IMG/VR virus record: IMGVR_UViG_3300045988_181388 | Location: 1 to 39,867 of that record | Direction: 5' to 3' (one strand) | Length of the DNA: 39,867 bases | Origin: a virus | Part shown: positions 33,340-39,867 of the stretch, piece by piece | How positions within the stretch are numbered: the stretch's first letter is position 1 | Layout: the number at the start of each line of letters is the position of its first letter | The notes under the pieces: model-generated | Databases searched by the model: none | The model's input: only the letters and a program-made list of their open reading frames with translations | Told to the model about the DNA's origin: nothing | Program-made: the position numbers and the translations under genes

Positions 33340-34572
33340 TCAAAATTTAAAGTTTTTGAGCACCTCTTTTTCGCGTTCTTTATATAGGTCGCCGTAGGTA
33401 TCAAGCGAGTATTTAACGGAATGTCCGAGACGGTGAGCGACGATGTAAGCATCTTCGGCTTTGGACGCGCCTGTTGAAAAGATAATCGTCGCGTGCGTGT
33501 GTCTGAACTGGTGCGGCGTAATTCGCTTTACGCCCGCAATCTTAATATATTTATCCATATCATACCTTAAAGATTGCGGCGCAAGCGGCTTCGATTTATA
33601 GAACATGAAATCATTTGCCTTAAGTTTAAGCGTTTCGATATATTCTTTTAAAAGAGGCTCGAGGGCTTCGGGGATATCTTCAACAAGCGCACTGTGCGTC
33701 TTTCTGTCGGTTATAGCATAAGTCTTGCCCTTGCCGCGTTCTTCGGCTGTAAGCTTGTTTGTAACGTTTTCATCGATAAGCACGGTATGATTTTCGAAGT
33801 CAATCTTTTTGACTTTTAACGCTGTAGCTTCGCCACGCCTGTTTGCCATGTAAAACATGTAGTTAAAGAAGATATAATATATATAATGTTTGCGCGCGAT
33901 AACGTTCTCTGTCCAATCTTTTCCCGCAGCCTCTCTTGCGGCTTCGTAACAGCCTTTAACGGTCGCATTAAATTTTTGCCAATCTTCAATTGTCCACGCT
34001 TCTTTTTTTGTCTTATCGCGGTTAAAGCCTTTTATGCGTTGATAATCTTTATAAGGCTGGTCGATATTGTATTCGAGCGAAGCGTAGCGAAGAACGCGCC
34101 CGAGTAAATTCCACGTTTTAAATATCGTGTTTTTGGCGTAATCGGATTTTGCGAGTTTATCGCGAAAAGAAAGTAAACAAGGCTTATCAACATCAATCAT
34201 CGAAAGTTTCCGAAGCGGTGCAAAACGGATCTCGAAAATGCCGCGGTCGGTTATCCAGGAAGACTGTTTACATTCCGCTTTCATCTGTTTAAGTACTTCA
34301 TCGCAGACTTCGCCGAACGTAATTCCGATAGGATTTTCGCGCCGTTTTGTGCCGCTTTCATATTCGAGGTAAGCGCGTTCTGCTTCCTTTTTGGAGTTGT
34401 ATGCACCAAGCTTTTTTTGTTTATACTCGCCATATTCAAGGGCGCGGAATTGCGCATACCATTTATTAACGTTTTTAAGCTCTGAACGGCATTTAGGGCA
34501 TAATACGCGCTTTTCGGTTAAATACTTAGCGCATTTTGGGCAATATTTTTCGTAATGTAAATAGCTTGCCAA
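33340..34572 (-). CDS. int: Tyrosine integrase with an N-terminal zinc ribbon and an AP2-like arm-binding domain
   Basis: Catalytic signature is RRGEATAL, HQFRHTHAT, HRLGHS and TYGDLY. The N-terminus has CPKC..CPKC, then WYAQFRA..KKLGAYNSKKEAERAY. Confidence 0.9.
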   Translation of the reverse strand: MASYLHYEKYCPKCAKYLTEKRVLCPKCRSELKNVNKWYAQFRALEYGEYKQKKLGAYNSKKEAERAYLEYESGTKRRENPIGITFGEVCDEVLKQMKAECKQSSWITDRGIFEIRFAPLRKLSMIDVDKPCLLSFRDKLAKSDYAKNTIFKTWNLLGRVLRYASLEYNIDQPYKDYQRIKGFNRDKTKKEAWTIEDWQKFNATVKGCYEAAREAAGKDWTENVIARKHYIYYIFFNYMFYMANRRGEATALKVKKIDFENHTVLIDENVTNKLTAEERGKGKTYAITDRKTHSALVEDIPEALEPLLKEYIETLKLKANDFMFYKSKPLAPQSLRYDMDKYIKIAGVKRITPHQFRHTHATIIFSTGASKAEDAYIVAHRLGHSVKYSLDTYGDLYKEREKEVLKNFKF

Positions 34573-34578
34573 CGTCTT

Positions 34579-34968
34579 TCATCTCCTTATAAATCCTATG
34601 TGAGGATTATATAAATCCCATATCAGAAAAAAAAGTAATACGGCGATCATCGCCACAATAGTAATAAATTGCGCCTTGATGAGCCTGTTTTTATCTCTTA
34701 AACTCCGTTCGTAAACGGTGCAAAGTTGTTCTACAGACTTTGGAGAGATATGCTCGCTGTTATCAGCATTAAGCGAATCGCCTTTAATATCGTCCGCCGA
34801 GCCGCCCAAAGCCTCAACAATTGCGATAACGGTCGTCACGCCCGGGTCAGGCGTTCTCCCCGAAAAAATTCTTTTCACTGTCGAAATCGGCACGCCGCTT
34901 TTATCGGCTATGTCTTGATAAGTCATTTTCGTTTCGTCTTTTAAGGCTTGCATTTTTGTTAAAATCAT
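34579..34968 (-). CDS. Membrane-tethered XRE-family HTH protein (129 aa)
   Basis: The HTH is MTYQDIADKSGVPISTVKRIFSG and the C-terminal TM is FITIVAMIAVLLFFLIWDL. The gene ends 6 nt upstream of int. Confidence 0.75.
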   Translation of the reverse strand: MILTKMQALKDETKMTYQDIADKSGVPISTVKRIFSGRTPDPGVTTVIAIVEALGGSADDIKGDSLNADNSEHISPKSVEQLCTVYERSLRDKNRLIKAQFITIVAMIAVLLFFLIWDLYNPHIGFIRR

Positions 34969-35195
34969 TGTCTTTCGCTCCCTTTAAATATAAAATTGAA
35001 ATTTATTTGCAAATTTGAGCCGTTAGCTCAAAAATGAAACCGTCTTAAAGTTTAAAATCGAGTATAAAAGTTTTAAAATTGGATATTGATTTTCACCCAA
35101 AACGGGTTTATCATATAACCAAACAAAAGGAAATCTTTCATTTAACACAAATTATAGACCTTTTATTCATAAATGTCAAGGGAGAAAGAAAAAAG

Positions 35196-35342
35196 ATGAT
35201 ACATCTCGACGAAAAAACCCAAAATTCGACAAAATTGTTTATCGATATGCTTAACAAAGAGCTTGGCAATTTGCCAAAAGATGATTCCGATAAAATCCTT
35301 ATCGTTATCCGCGATACTTTTCATTTGGGCAGGGAAAAGTAG
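35196..35342 (+). CDS. Small hypothetical protein (48 aa)
   Basis: ATG 35196 follows GGGAGAAAG and the gene is followed by a terminator. The track start 35079 is a TTG without an SD. Confidence 0.4.
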   Translation: MIHLDEKTQNSTKLFIDMLNKELGNLPKDDSDKILIVIRDTFHLGREK

Positions 35343-35367
35343 AAGGGTAGTTGATAAGTGGTTTTTA

Positions 35368-35397
35368 AGCCGAGGTTAAATGCCTCGGCTTTTTTTG
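35368..35397 (+). terminator. Intrinsic terminator
   Basis: Stem agccgagg / cctcggct followed by T8. Confidence 0.75.
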
Positions 35398-35413
35398 TCT
35401 TAATTTTGGTTCA

Positions 35414-36871
35414 TTATGATTTATCGGGTAATAAAGTAGTTTTATTTGTTTTTTGTAAGTAAGATTCTTTTTTTCTGATATAATATTCATAATCATGATT
35501 AACCATAACATAATGAGCAATAGCAATATCGCATACCTTTATAGCCATGTCGAAGTCTTTTCTTCTTTCATATATATTTACAAGTTTATAAAATGAATCT
35601 GAATGATATCCGTCGAGTTCGTTTGTATGACTGAAAATCTCGATATCTTGCCAACATACTTTTATTATGTCTTCCATTATTGCAGGATTGGCTCTGAATT
35701 TGTAAATTTTAGTAATTAAATCTTGCAAGAAGTAATGTTGTCCGACATAAGCCGTGCATTGATATCCCCTGTTTTTATATATATCTTTTTTGGCATAATG
35801 TTGGTCGCGAACTTTCATATAATCATAATAAAGTTTTTCCATATCGGGCGCAAGTGGTTCGGGGGCTTTTATATATTCTTTTGTTTCTTTTAAATGAGCT
35901 TTTACGGCTTCATGTGCGTATTGTAAGATTTTAAGCCCTTCACCGTAAAATCGTTCGCTCATTACTTTAGGAATGGGTTGCTCAGGAAGAGACCAGTTTA
36001 AGTAAATACGCTCAGAAGTAAAATCGGGATTTTCAACAAGAAAGCTGTTAAGATTTAAAGATTCTGATTGATACGTTTGAATTAAATATTCTTTTATTTT
36101 TGATATAAATATTGGGGCATATTGTTTTGTGTATGTATCTGATTTAAACTGAAATTCTTTTCTATATTTAAAAATGTCATCGGCTGTAAAAGGTCTTTGG
36201 CAAATAACAGATAAGGAACAAAAAGCATTAAGATTTGCGCAATCGGTTACATCGTCAAAGTTATTTAAAATAAGTTCCTTGTTTTGATATAAAATTAAAC
36301 TATATATAAGGGTATTAGACGTGTAATTTAAAAACAATTTTTCATTATACGCTTTTCGTAATTTTAAAATAGTATTAAACGCTTTAACAAATTGTCCTTT
36401 GTACAAATGACGTTCCAAGCCATAAAGAAATAAAAAGACATAAGAAAGCTTGTGTTTGCCCGAATATGGGTCTTTCAAAAATTGAATATAGTTATATCTT
36501 TCATAAGGGTTTAAATAAACATAACATGGCGAACGATGTGGTGCTGAATCATCATAATCTGCGGGCGGAATAACAACGGGAATATCAAGATCAATCATGC
36601 TCGGTTCAAATATTTCGTTTTCTTCTGCTTCTTCGTCGGATAGATATCTTTTAATATGCTGTACTTCTATGTTTTTGTGCGAGCCGTTATAAAACCATAA
36701 CAAGTTAAAAACATCTTTATCTATTCCGATATTATCAAAAGTATATTGAATTTTTAACCTTTCAAATTCTTCTTTAGACAACTTAAAAGAGCAAACATCG
36801 CAAAGCCCGTCTTCTAATTTTAAAAATATTCCCCATTTGCCGCAGTTTTTACATTTTTTTATTATACTCAT
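35414..36871 (-). CDS. Zinc-ribbon / TerB-N-like / helical C-terminal domain protein (485 aa); candidate lysogen-expressed defence or exclusion factor
   Basis: The N-terminus has CKNC..CDVC. Residues about 88-156 read FEPSMIDLDIPVV..SPCYVYLNPYERYNYIQFL..LSYVFLFLYGLERHLY, resembling the TerB-N hallmark (from memory). The C-terminus is TPR-like (FYKLVNIYERRKDFDMAIKVCDIAI). The gene is markedly AT-rich by eye and lies 19 nt downstream of the repressor gene. Confidence 0.55.
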   Translation of the reverse strand: MSIIKKCKNCGKWGIFLKLEDGLCDVCSFKLSKEEFERLKIQYTFDNIGIDKDVFNLLWFYNGSHKNIEVQHIKRYLSDEEAEENEIFEPSMIDLDIPVVIPPADYDDSAPHRSPCYVYLNPYERYNYIQFLKDPYSGKHKLSYVFLFLYGLERHLYKGQFVKAFNTILKLRKAYNEKLFLNYTSNTLIYSLILYQNKELILNNFDDVTDCANLNAFCSLSVICQRPFTADDIFKYRKEFQFKSDTYTKQYAPIFISKIKEYLIQTYQSESLNLNSFLVENPDFTSERIYLNWSLPEQPIPKVMSERFYGEGLKILQYAHEAVKAHLKETKEYIKAPEPLAPDMEKLYYDYMKVRDQHYAKKDIYKNRGYQCTAYVGQHYFLQDLITKIYKFRANPAIMEDIIKVCWQDIEIFSHTNELDGYHSDSFYKLVNIYERRKDFDMAIKVCDIAIAHYVMVNHDYEYYIRKKESYLQKTNKTTLLPDKS

Positions 36872-36890
36872 TACATCACACCTTATTGTT

Positions 36891-37253
36891 TTATTTTTTT
36901 GCTTTTACACCTTTAACCAAAATATTAAGCGTATCGGCTATCTTTTTTAAATCGTCTGTAGATAAATTCGATAACGTATCAATATCAAATCCGAGAGCTT
37001 TAAGCCTTTTTTCGGTTATAATATTTTCTCTATTTTCGTTTGTGTTATCATAATATTCCCACCCTGTTAAGTATGCGGGCGAAACCCCTAAAGCTTTTGC
37101 CAACTGTTCAACTGAAGGTAGTGGCGGGGTCGACAACCCGAGTTCAATCTTATTTATAGCCGATAAAGAGCCGTAGCCGCATTTTTCGGCAAGTTCTTTT
37201 TGAGTTAAACCTTGTTCAATCCGTAATTTTTTTACTTTTTCGCCTATAGTCAT
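36891..37253 (-). CDS. CI-like XRE-family repressor (120 aa, no peptidase domain)
   Basis: The HTH is IGEKVKKLRIEQGLTQKELAEKCGYGSLSAINKIELG. The gene is divergent from the consensus early promoter and has SD AAGGAG. Confidence 0.75.
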   Translation of the reverse strand: MTIGEKVKKLRIEQGLTQKELAEKCGYGSLSAINKIELGLSTPPLPSVEQLAKALGVSPAYLTGWEYYDNTNENRENIITEKRLKALGFDIDTLSNLSTDDLKKIADTLNILVKGVKAKK

Positions 37254-37277
37254 TGTCTTTTATCTCCTTGCACGAAG

Positions 37278-37306
37278 AGTATAACCGCAAAAATCCAACT
37301 CGTCAA
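37278..37306 (-). promoter_or_regulatory. Repressor-operon promoter TTGACG-N17-TATACT
   Basis: On the minus strand, TTGACG is at 37306-37301 and TATACT at 37283-37278. Confidence 0.7.
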
Positions 37307-37345
37307 ATAAAATTAGAATTATATTCAAATAATTACTAAAATCGC

Positions 37346-37374
37346 TTGACATTCTATTTTGTGTGTTGTATAAT
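37346..37374 (+). promoter_or_regulatory. Early lytic promoter, perfect TTGACA-N17-TATAAT
   Basis: TTGACA at 37346-37351 and TATAAT at 37369-37374. Confidence 0.8.
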
Positions 37375-37405
37375 TAGCTTGAAATTCAAAAACAAGGAGA
37401 ACAAA

Positions 37406-37687
37406 ATGACACGCGAAGAATTTAATAGTTTAATCGAGCCAGAAAAGACGAAGAGACCGAACGACGAAGATTGGAAGATAATCGAGTTCGTTTATACCTT
37501 TCACCCGTCGATAAGTGAAACACGTGGAAAAGAGCAAATCACCTATTTATATAAAACGTTCGGCATGCGAATCATCAAAGATATGATTCAGACGGCTAAA
37601 AGAGCGGAGGCAATGGAAAAAGAACTTTCCGAACTCCGCGCTAAATACAATAAACTCAAAGACGATTACAACGCTTTGAGCAAATAA
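37406..37687 (+). CDS. First early protein (93 aa), unknown function
   Basis: ATG 37406 follows AAGGAGAA. The track start 37346 is the TTG of the promoter -35 element. Confidence 0.65.
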   Translation: MTREEFNSLIEPEKTKRPNDEDWKIIEFVYTFHPSISETRGKEQITYLYKTFGMRIIKDMIQTAKRAEAMEKELSELRAKYNKLKDDYNALSK

Positions 37688-37787
37688 ATTAGCTTACCCA
37701 TTTTCATTCCCCCTTATCATTACCAGGAGCGGACTTCTTGCGAGGGGTTCGCTCTCGGGGTGGGGAAATAAAACAAGGAGATATTCA

Positions 37788-38024
37788 ATGACTACAGCAG
37801 AAAGAATAAAAGAACTTGCATACAAGCTCAACGAAGAAGCGGACTATTACGGCGCGTATTTTGATGAGATTTTTGCTTGCGGAAATATGCCGCTTGATGA
37901 ATTCACAAAAGCTACCAATGAAGTTGATTCGCGCTATCCTAAGATAAACAGAGTCAAAGCGAGCCTTCTTCTTATTTATCTTGGAAATGCGGCGTTAGAG
38001 GGTACTCTTTCGCCTGTAAATTAA
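37788..38024 (+). CDS. Hypothetical protein (78 aa)
   Basis: SD AAGGAGA lies upstream. Confidence 0.6.
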   Translation: MTTAERIKELAYKLNEEADYYGAYFDEIFACGNMPLDEFTKATNEVDSRYPKINRVKASLLLIYLGNAALEGTLSPVN

Positions 38025-38123
38025 AGCAGTTGCAAAAAATGCAACAACCATAAACAAGGTCAAACGGGCGCAAGCCTTTTTGCCGCTTATTAAAGAAATA
38101 GACCACAAACCGAAGGAACTAAT

Positions 38124-38327
38124 ATGGTAAATTCAAACGCTTTAAAGGGAGCGATAATCAGAGAGGGGTTGACTCAAGTAGAATTGGCTAAATTTGTCAA
38201 CTTAACAAAGCAATCCCTCAATTATAAAATTTTGAATAAAGCAACTTTTAACATAAACGAAGTTGCGATTATTCGAAAGGTTTTAAATTTAAGTTCAGAA
38301 GAACTTATATCCATTTTTTTTGCTTAA
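38124..38327 (+). CDS. Cro-like XRE HTH protein (67 aa)
   Basis: The HTH reads LKGAIIREGLTQVELAKFVNLTKQSLNYKI. Confidence 0.65.
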   Translation: MVNSNALKGAIIREGLTQVELAKFVNLTKQSLNYKILNKATFNINEVAIIRKVLNLSSEELISIFFA

Positions 38328-38396
38328 AAATAAGAATTAAATTCTATCAAACTTTAAATATTTGAATATAATGCTAAAACGAGGAGATGAAAGACT

Positions 38397-38624
38397 ATGA
38401 CGGCGAGTACACCGAAAGAAGTTTTACAAAAGGAGTTTATCAGGACCGCAGATATACGCGTGCTTATGGAGTGCGGCGAAGATATGGCAAGCAAGGTCAT
38501 GAAAGAAGTAAAAGCCTTTCAAGACAGCACAGGCGGTTTACTTCGCGGGGTCTGCCATATAAACGACCTCAAAGCCTGGATGAAGCATAATCGAGAAAAA
38601 GGCAAGGTGCGCGGCAATGTCTGA
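38397..38624 (+). CDS. Hypothetical protein (75 aa)
   Basis: SD GAGGAGA lies upstream. I prefer it to the overlapping Arg-rich ORF 38387..38590. Confidence 0.5.
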   Translation: MTASTPKEVLQKEFIRTADIRVLMECGEDMASKVMKEVKAFQDSTGGLLRGVCHINDLKAWMKHNREKGKVRGNV

Positions 38625-38838
38625 GAGCTTAAGAGATTTACGCAAGGCAAGCGAAAAAACGCTTGCAGAGGTCGCAAGAGCTTTACATGTAAGCGTGCGC
38701 ACGGTTGCCAGATACGAAGACGGCACGCGCCGTATAAATATCGACCAGGTTATTCCGCTTGCTCGCCTTTACCGTGTTTCTGTCGAAGATATCATCGCGG
38801 CGCAGGCTATTTCAGTAGCTGTCCGTAAGTCCGAGTAA
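38617..38838 (+). CDS. XRE-family HTH protein (73 aa)
   Basis: The HTH reads LRDLRKASEKTLAEVARALHVSVRTVARYEDGTRR. Confidence 0.65.
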   Translation: MSESLRDLRKASEKTLAEVARALHVSVRTVARYEDGTRRINIDQVIPLARLYRVSVEDIIAAQAISVAVRKSE

Positions 38839-39015
38839 ATAATCGGCAGAGACGTTAAACAGCTTACAAAGCTTGACGAGAAGCTCAAGAGACGGCTCTC
38901 GCGAACCCTTTTCATATTGACACACTGCGGGAAGAGTTACGCCTAAATATTGAGCCACTTGTAATTGAGTTAAGCCGCATTCTAAGCGGCATTCTTTTAA
39001 ACGTTCGTTAAACAT
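38812..39015 (-). CDS. XRE-family HTH repressor-like protein (67 aa), apparently leaderless
   Basis: The HTH reads FNERLKECRLECGLTQLQVAQYLGVTLPAVCQYEKG. There is no SD. TGtTAAAAT ends 6 nt before the ATG. The 3' end overlaps the convergent gene by 27 nt. Confidence 0.65.
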   Translation of the reverse strand: MFNERLKECRLECGLTQLQVAQYLGVTLPAVCQYEKGSREPSLELLVKLCKLFNVSADYLLGLTDSY

Positions 39016-39024
39016 AAAAAAATT

Positions 39025-39039
39025 TTAACAAAATGTTAA
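39025..39039. promoter_or_regulatory. Perfect 6-3-6 palindrome TTAACA-AAA-TGTTAA (candidate operator)
   Basis: Read directly. It overlaps the extended -10 of the leaderless XRE gene and lies in the 49-bp divergent region. Confidence 0.6.
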
Positions 39040-39064
39040 GTAAAACGCTATTTAAAAAGGAACA

Positions 39065-39292
39065 ATGACAATGAACATGCCCTATCTTATAAGAACAGAC
39101 CCCAAAGACCCACGCGGGGATAGAATTCAAATCGTAACATTCGGCGAGCCTACGCCGATAGCCGAGGATAATTCTTGTTTGTGCGATAGGTTCAAAAACT
39201 CGGAAGGGTGTAAAATGAAACCTTTAACAGCACCTTATACGGGTTGTGTTTCATATAAAGACAACCGCACTCGTTCGGATAAAAGCGAGTAA
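39065..39292 (+). CDS. Hypothetical protein (75 aa; start could be 39071 or 39077)
   Basis: Three in-frame ATGs follow AAAGGA. Confidence 0.5.
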   Translation: MTMNMPYLIRTDPKDPRGDRIQIVTFGEPTPIAEDNSCLCDRFKNSEGCKMKPLTAPYTGCVSYKDNRTRSDKSE

Positions 39293-39304
39293 AGGAGAAA
39301 GGAA

Positions 39305-39445
39305 ATGAAAGACGAGTTTTTGGAATACGGAAACAAACAACCACGCCCGACGTTTAAAGGCTTGTTAAAACAACTATGCGTTTGGGCAATCCTGGCGGCG
39401 ATATTCGTCGTCGGCATGATATTAAACGGGAGCGTGAAGTTATGA
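39305..39445 (+). CDS. Small single-TM protein (46 aa), not in the supplied track
   Basis: ATG 39305 follows AAAGGAGAAAGGA. My hand translation gives MKDEFLEYGNKQPRPTFKGLLKQLCVWAILAAIFVVGMILNGSVKL. Its stop overlaps the next start (ATGA). Confidence 0.5.
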   Translation: MKDEFLEYGNKQPRPTFKGLLKQLCVWAILAAIFVVGMILNGSVKL

Positions 39446-39867
39446 AAGGATTTAAAGCTTTTGAGAAAGGTTTAATTTGCAAAGGTAAGCAATATGCCGA
39501 AAACACGGTATTTGAAGAGCCTGAAGCGATTGTTTGCCGCAAGGGAATGCATTTTTGCAAAAATCCGTTTGACGTTCTGGACTATTATCCGCTTATCGAT
39601 GGTAACGGAGAGTTTTCCGAGTTTGCCGAAGTTGAGGCATTGGACGAGCCTGTAACGAACGATAATAAGAAGTTTTGCTCAAAGAAATTGAAAATTGGCG
39701 CAAAGCTGTCTTTTGCGAACTTTATAGAGGCGGCGGCGAGTTTTGAATTTGAAAAGACCGAAAACGATAAAAAGTCAAATATTATTGGAAATTCGGGCAA
39801 CTACGCAAAGATAGGCTCTTCGGGCAACTACGCACAGATAGGCTCTTCGGGCGATTCCGCAAAGATA
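39442..39867 (+). CDS. 5' part of the junction-spanning gene (continues at 69..287 of the circle)
   Basis: ATG 39442; the frame is open to the window end (142 codons). It starts MKGFKAFEKGLICKGKQYAENTVFEEPEAIVCRKGMHFCKNPFDVLDYYPL and ends in GNYAKIGSS nonapeptide repeats. Confidence 0.8.
   Translation, partial: MKGFKAFEKGLICKGKQYAENTVFEEPEAIVCRKGMHFCKNPFDVLDYYPLIDGNGEFSEFAEVEALDEPVTNDNKKFCSKKLKIGAKLSFANFIEAAASFEFEKTENDKKSNIIGNSGNYAKIGSSGNYAQIGSSGDSAKI
39800..39867. repeat. Terminal overlap copy B (identical to 1-68)
   Basis: Same 68-nt string as 1-68. Confidence 0.95.

Larger units (their letters stand above)
1..39867. mobile_element. Complete, circularly closed temperate tailed-phage genome (unique length 39,799 bp)
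   Basis: Window ends overlap exactly (1-68 = 39800-39867) and an ORF reads in frame across the junction. Integrase, repressors, replication/recombination, terminase, portal, capsid and tail modules are all recognised by motif or position. Confidence 0.9.

Noticed and set aside
37346-37405. Track start at 37346 for the first early gene.
   Set aside because: That TTG is the first half of the TTGACA -35 element. The ATG at 37406 has a proper AAGGAG.
38387-38590. Arg-rich 67-aa ORF overlapping 38397..38624.
   Set aside because: The composition is typical of an off-frame reading. The other frame has better spacing from GAGGAG and a plausible sequence.
1-39867. A search by eye for CRISPR arrays, reverse transcriptase/DGR or retron elements, tRNA/tmRNA genes and transposases.
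   Set aside because: I saw no regularly spaced repeats, no YxDD-type RT ORF, no cloverleaf-compatible segments and no transposase-like ORFs. A tRNAscan or cmscan run would be needed to exclude small RNAs formally.

Overview
The window is a complete, circularly closed genome of a temperate tailed phage. Bases 1-68 are identical to 39800-39867, so the unique length is 39,799 bp, and one ORF missing from the supplied track reads in frame across the junction. Signals look Firmicutes-like (inference): AAGGAG/GAGG Shine-Dalgarno sites, GTG/TTG starts, TTGACA-N17-TATAAT promoters and an SSB ending in DLPF.

Layout:
- 37346 across the junction to 9413 (+): early operon. It holds Cro-like/XRE genes, a nonapeptide-repeat protein, a Sak4-like ATPase, SSB, a DUF1064 resolvase-like protein, a DUF4373/DnaD-like replication protein with an internal 21-bp tandem repeat, about 15 small accessory ORFs (including a compact C5-methyltransferase-like protein and an ASCH protein) and a DUF1492/sigma-region-4-like late regulator.
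- 9539-29531 (+): late operon. It encodes TerS, TerL, portal, a MuF/gp7-like head protein fused to an anthrax-LF-like HExxH metalloprotease, scaffold, major capsid, connectors, tail proteins and two fibre-like proteins, then three membrane proteins. I could not recognise a tape measure or an endolysin.
- 29764-32028 (+): separately promoted cargo operon encoding Gly/Gln/Cys-rich proteins and a BclA-CTD/C1q-like protein.
- 32067-32958 (-): three-gene operon behind a consensus promoter with an operator, next to attP.
- 33072-33335: attP with duplicated arm repeats.
- 33340-34968 (-): integrase and a membrane-tethered XRE protein.
- 35414-37253 (-): CI-like repressor co-transcribed with an AT-rich zinc-ribbon/TerB-N-like 485-aa gene.

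The strongest candidates for undescribed biology are:
- the repressor-linked TerB-N-like gene;
- the attP-proximal three-gene operon;
- the cargo operon;
- the capsid-packaged metalloprotease with its downstream Cys-rich partner;
- an antisense membrane-protein moron inside the tail module.

All domain calls come from motif recognition by eye. No searches or computations were run.
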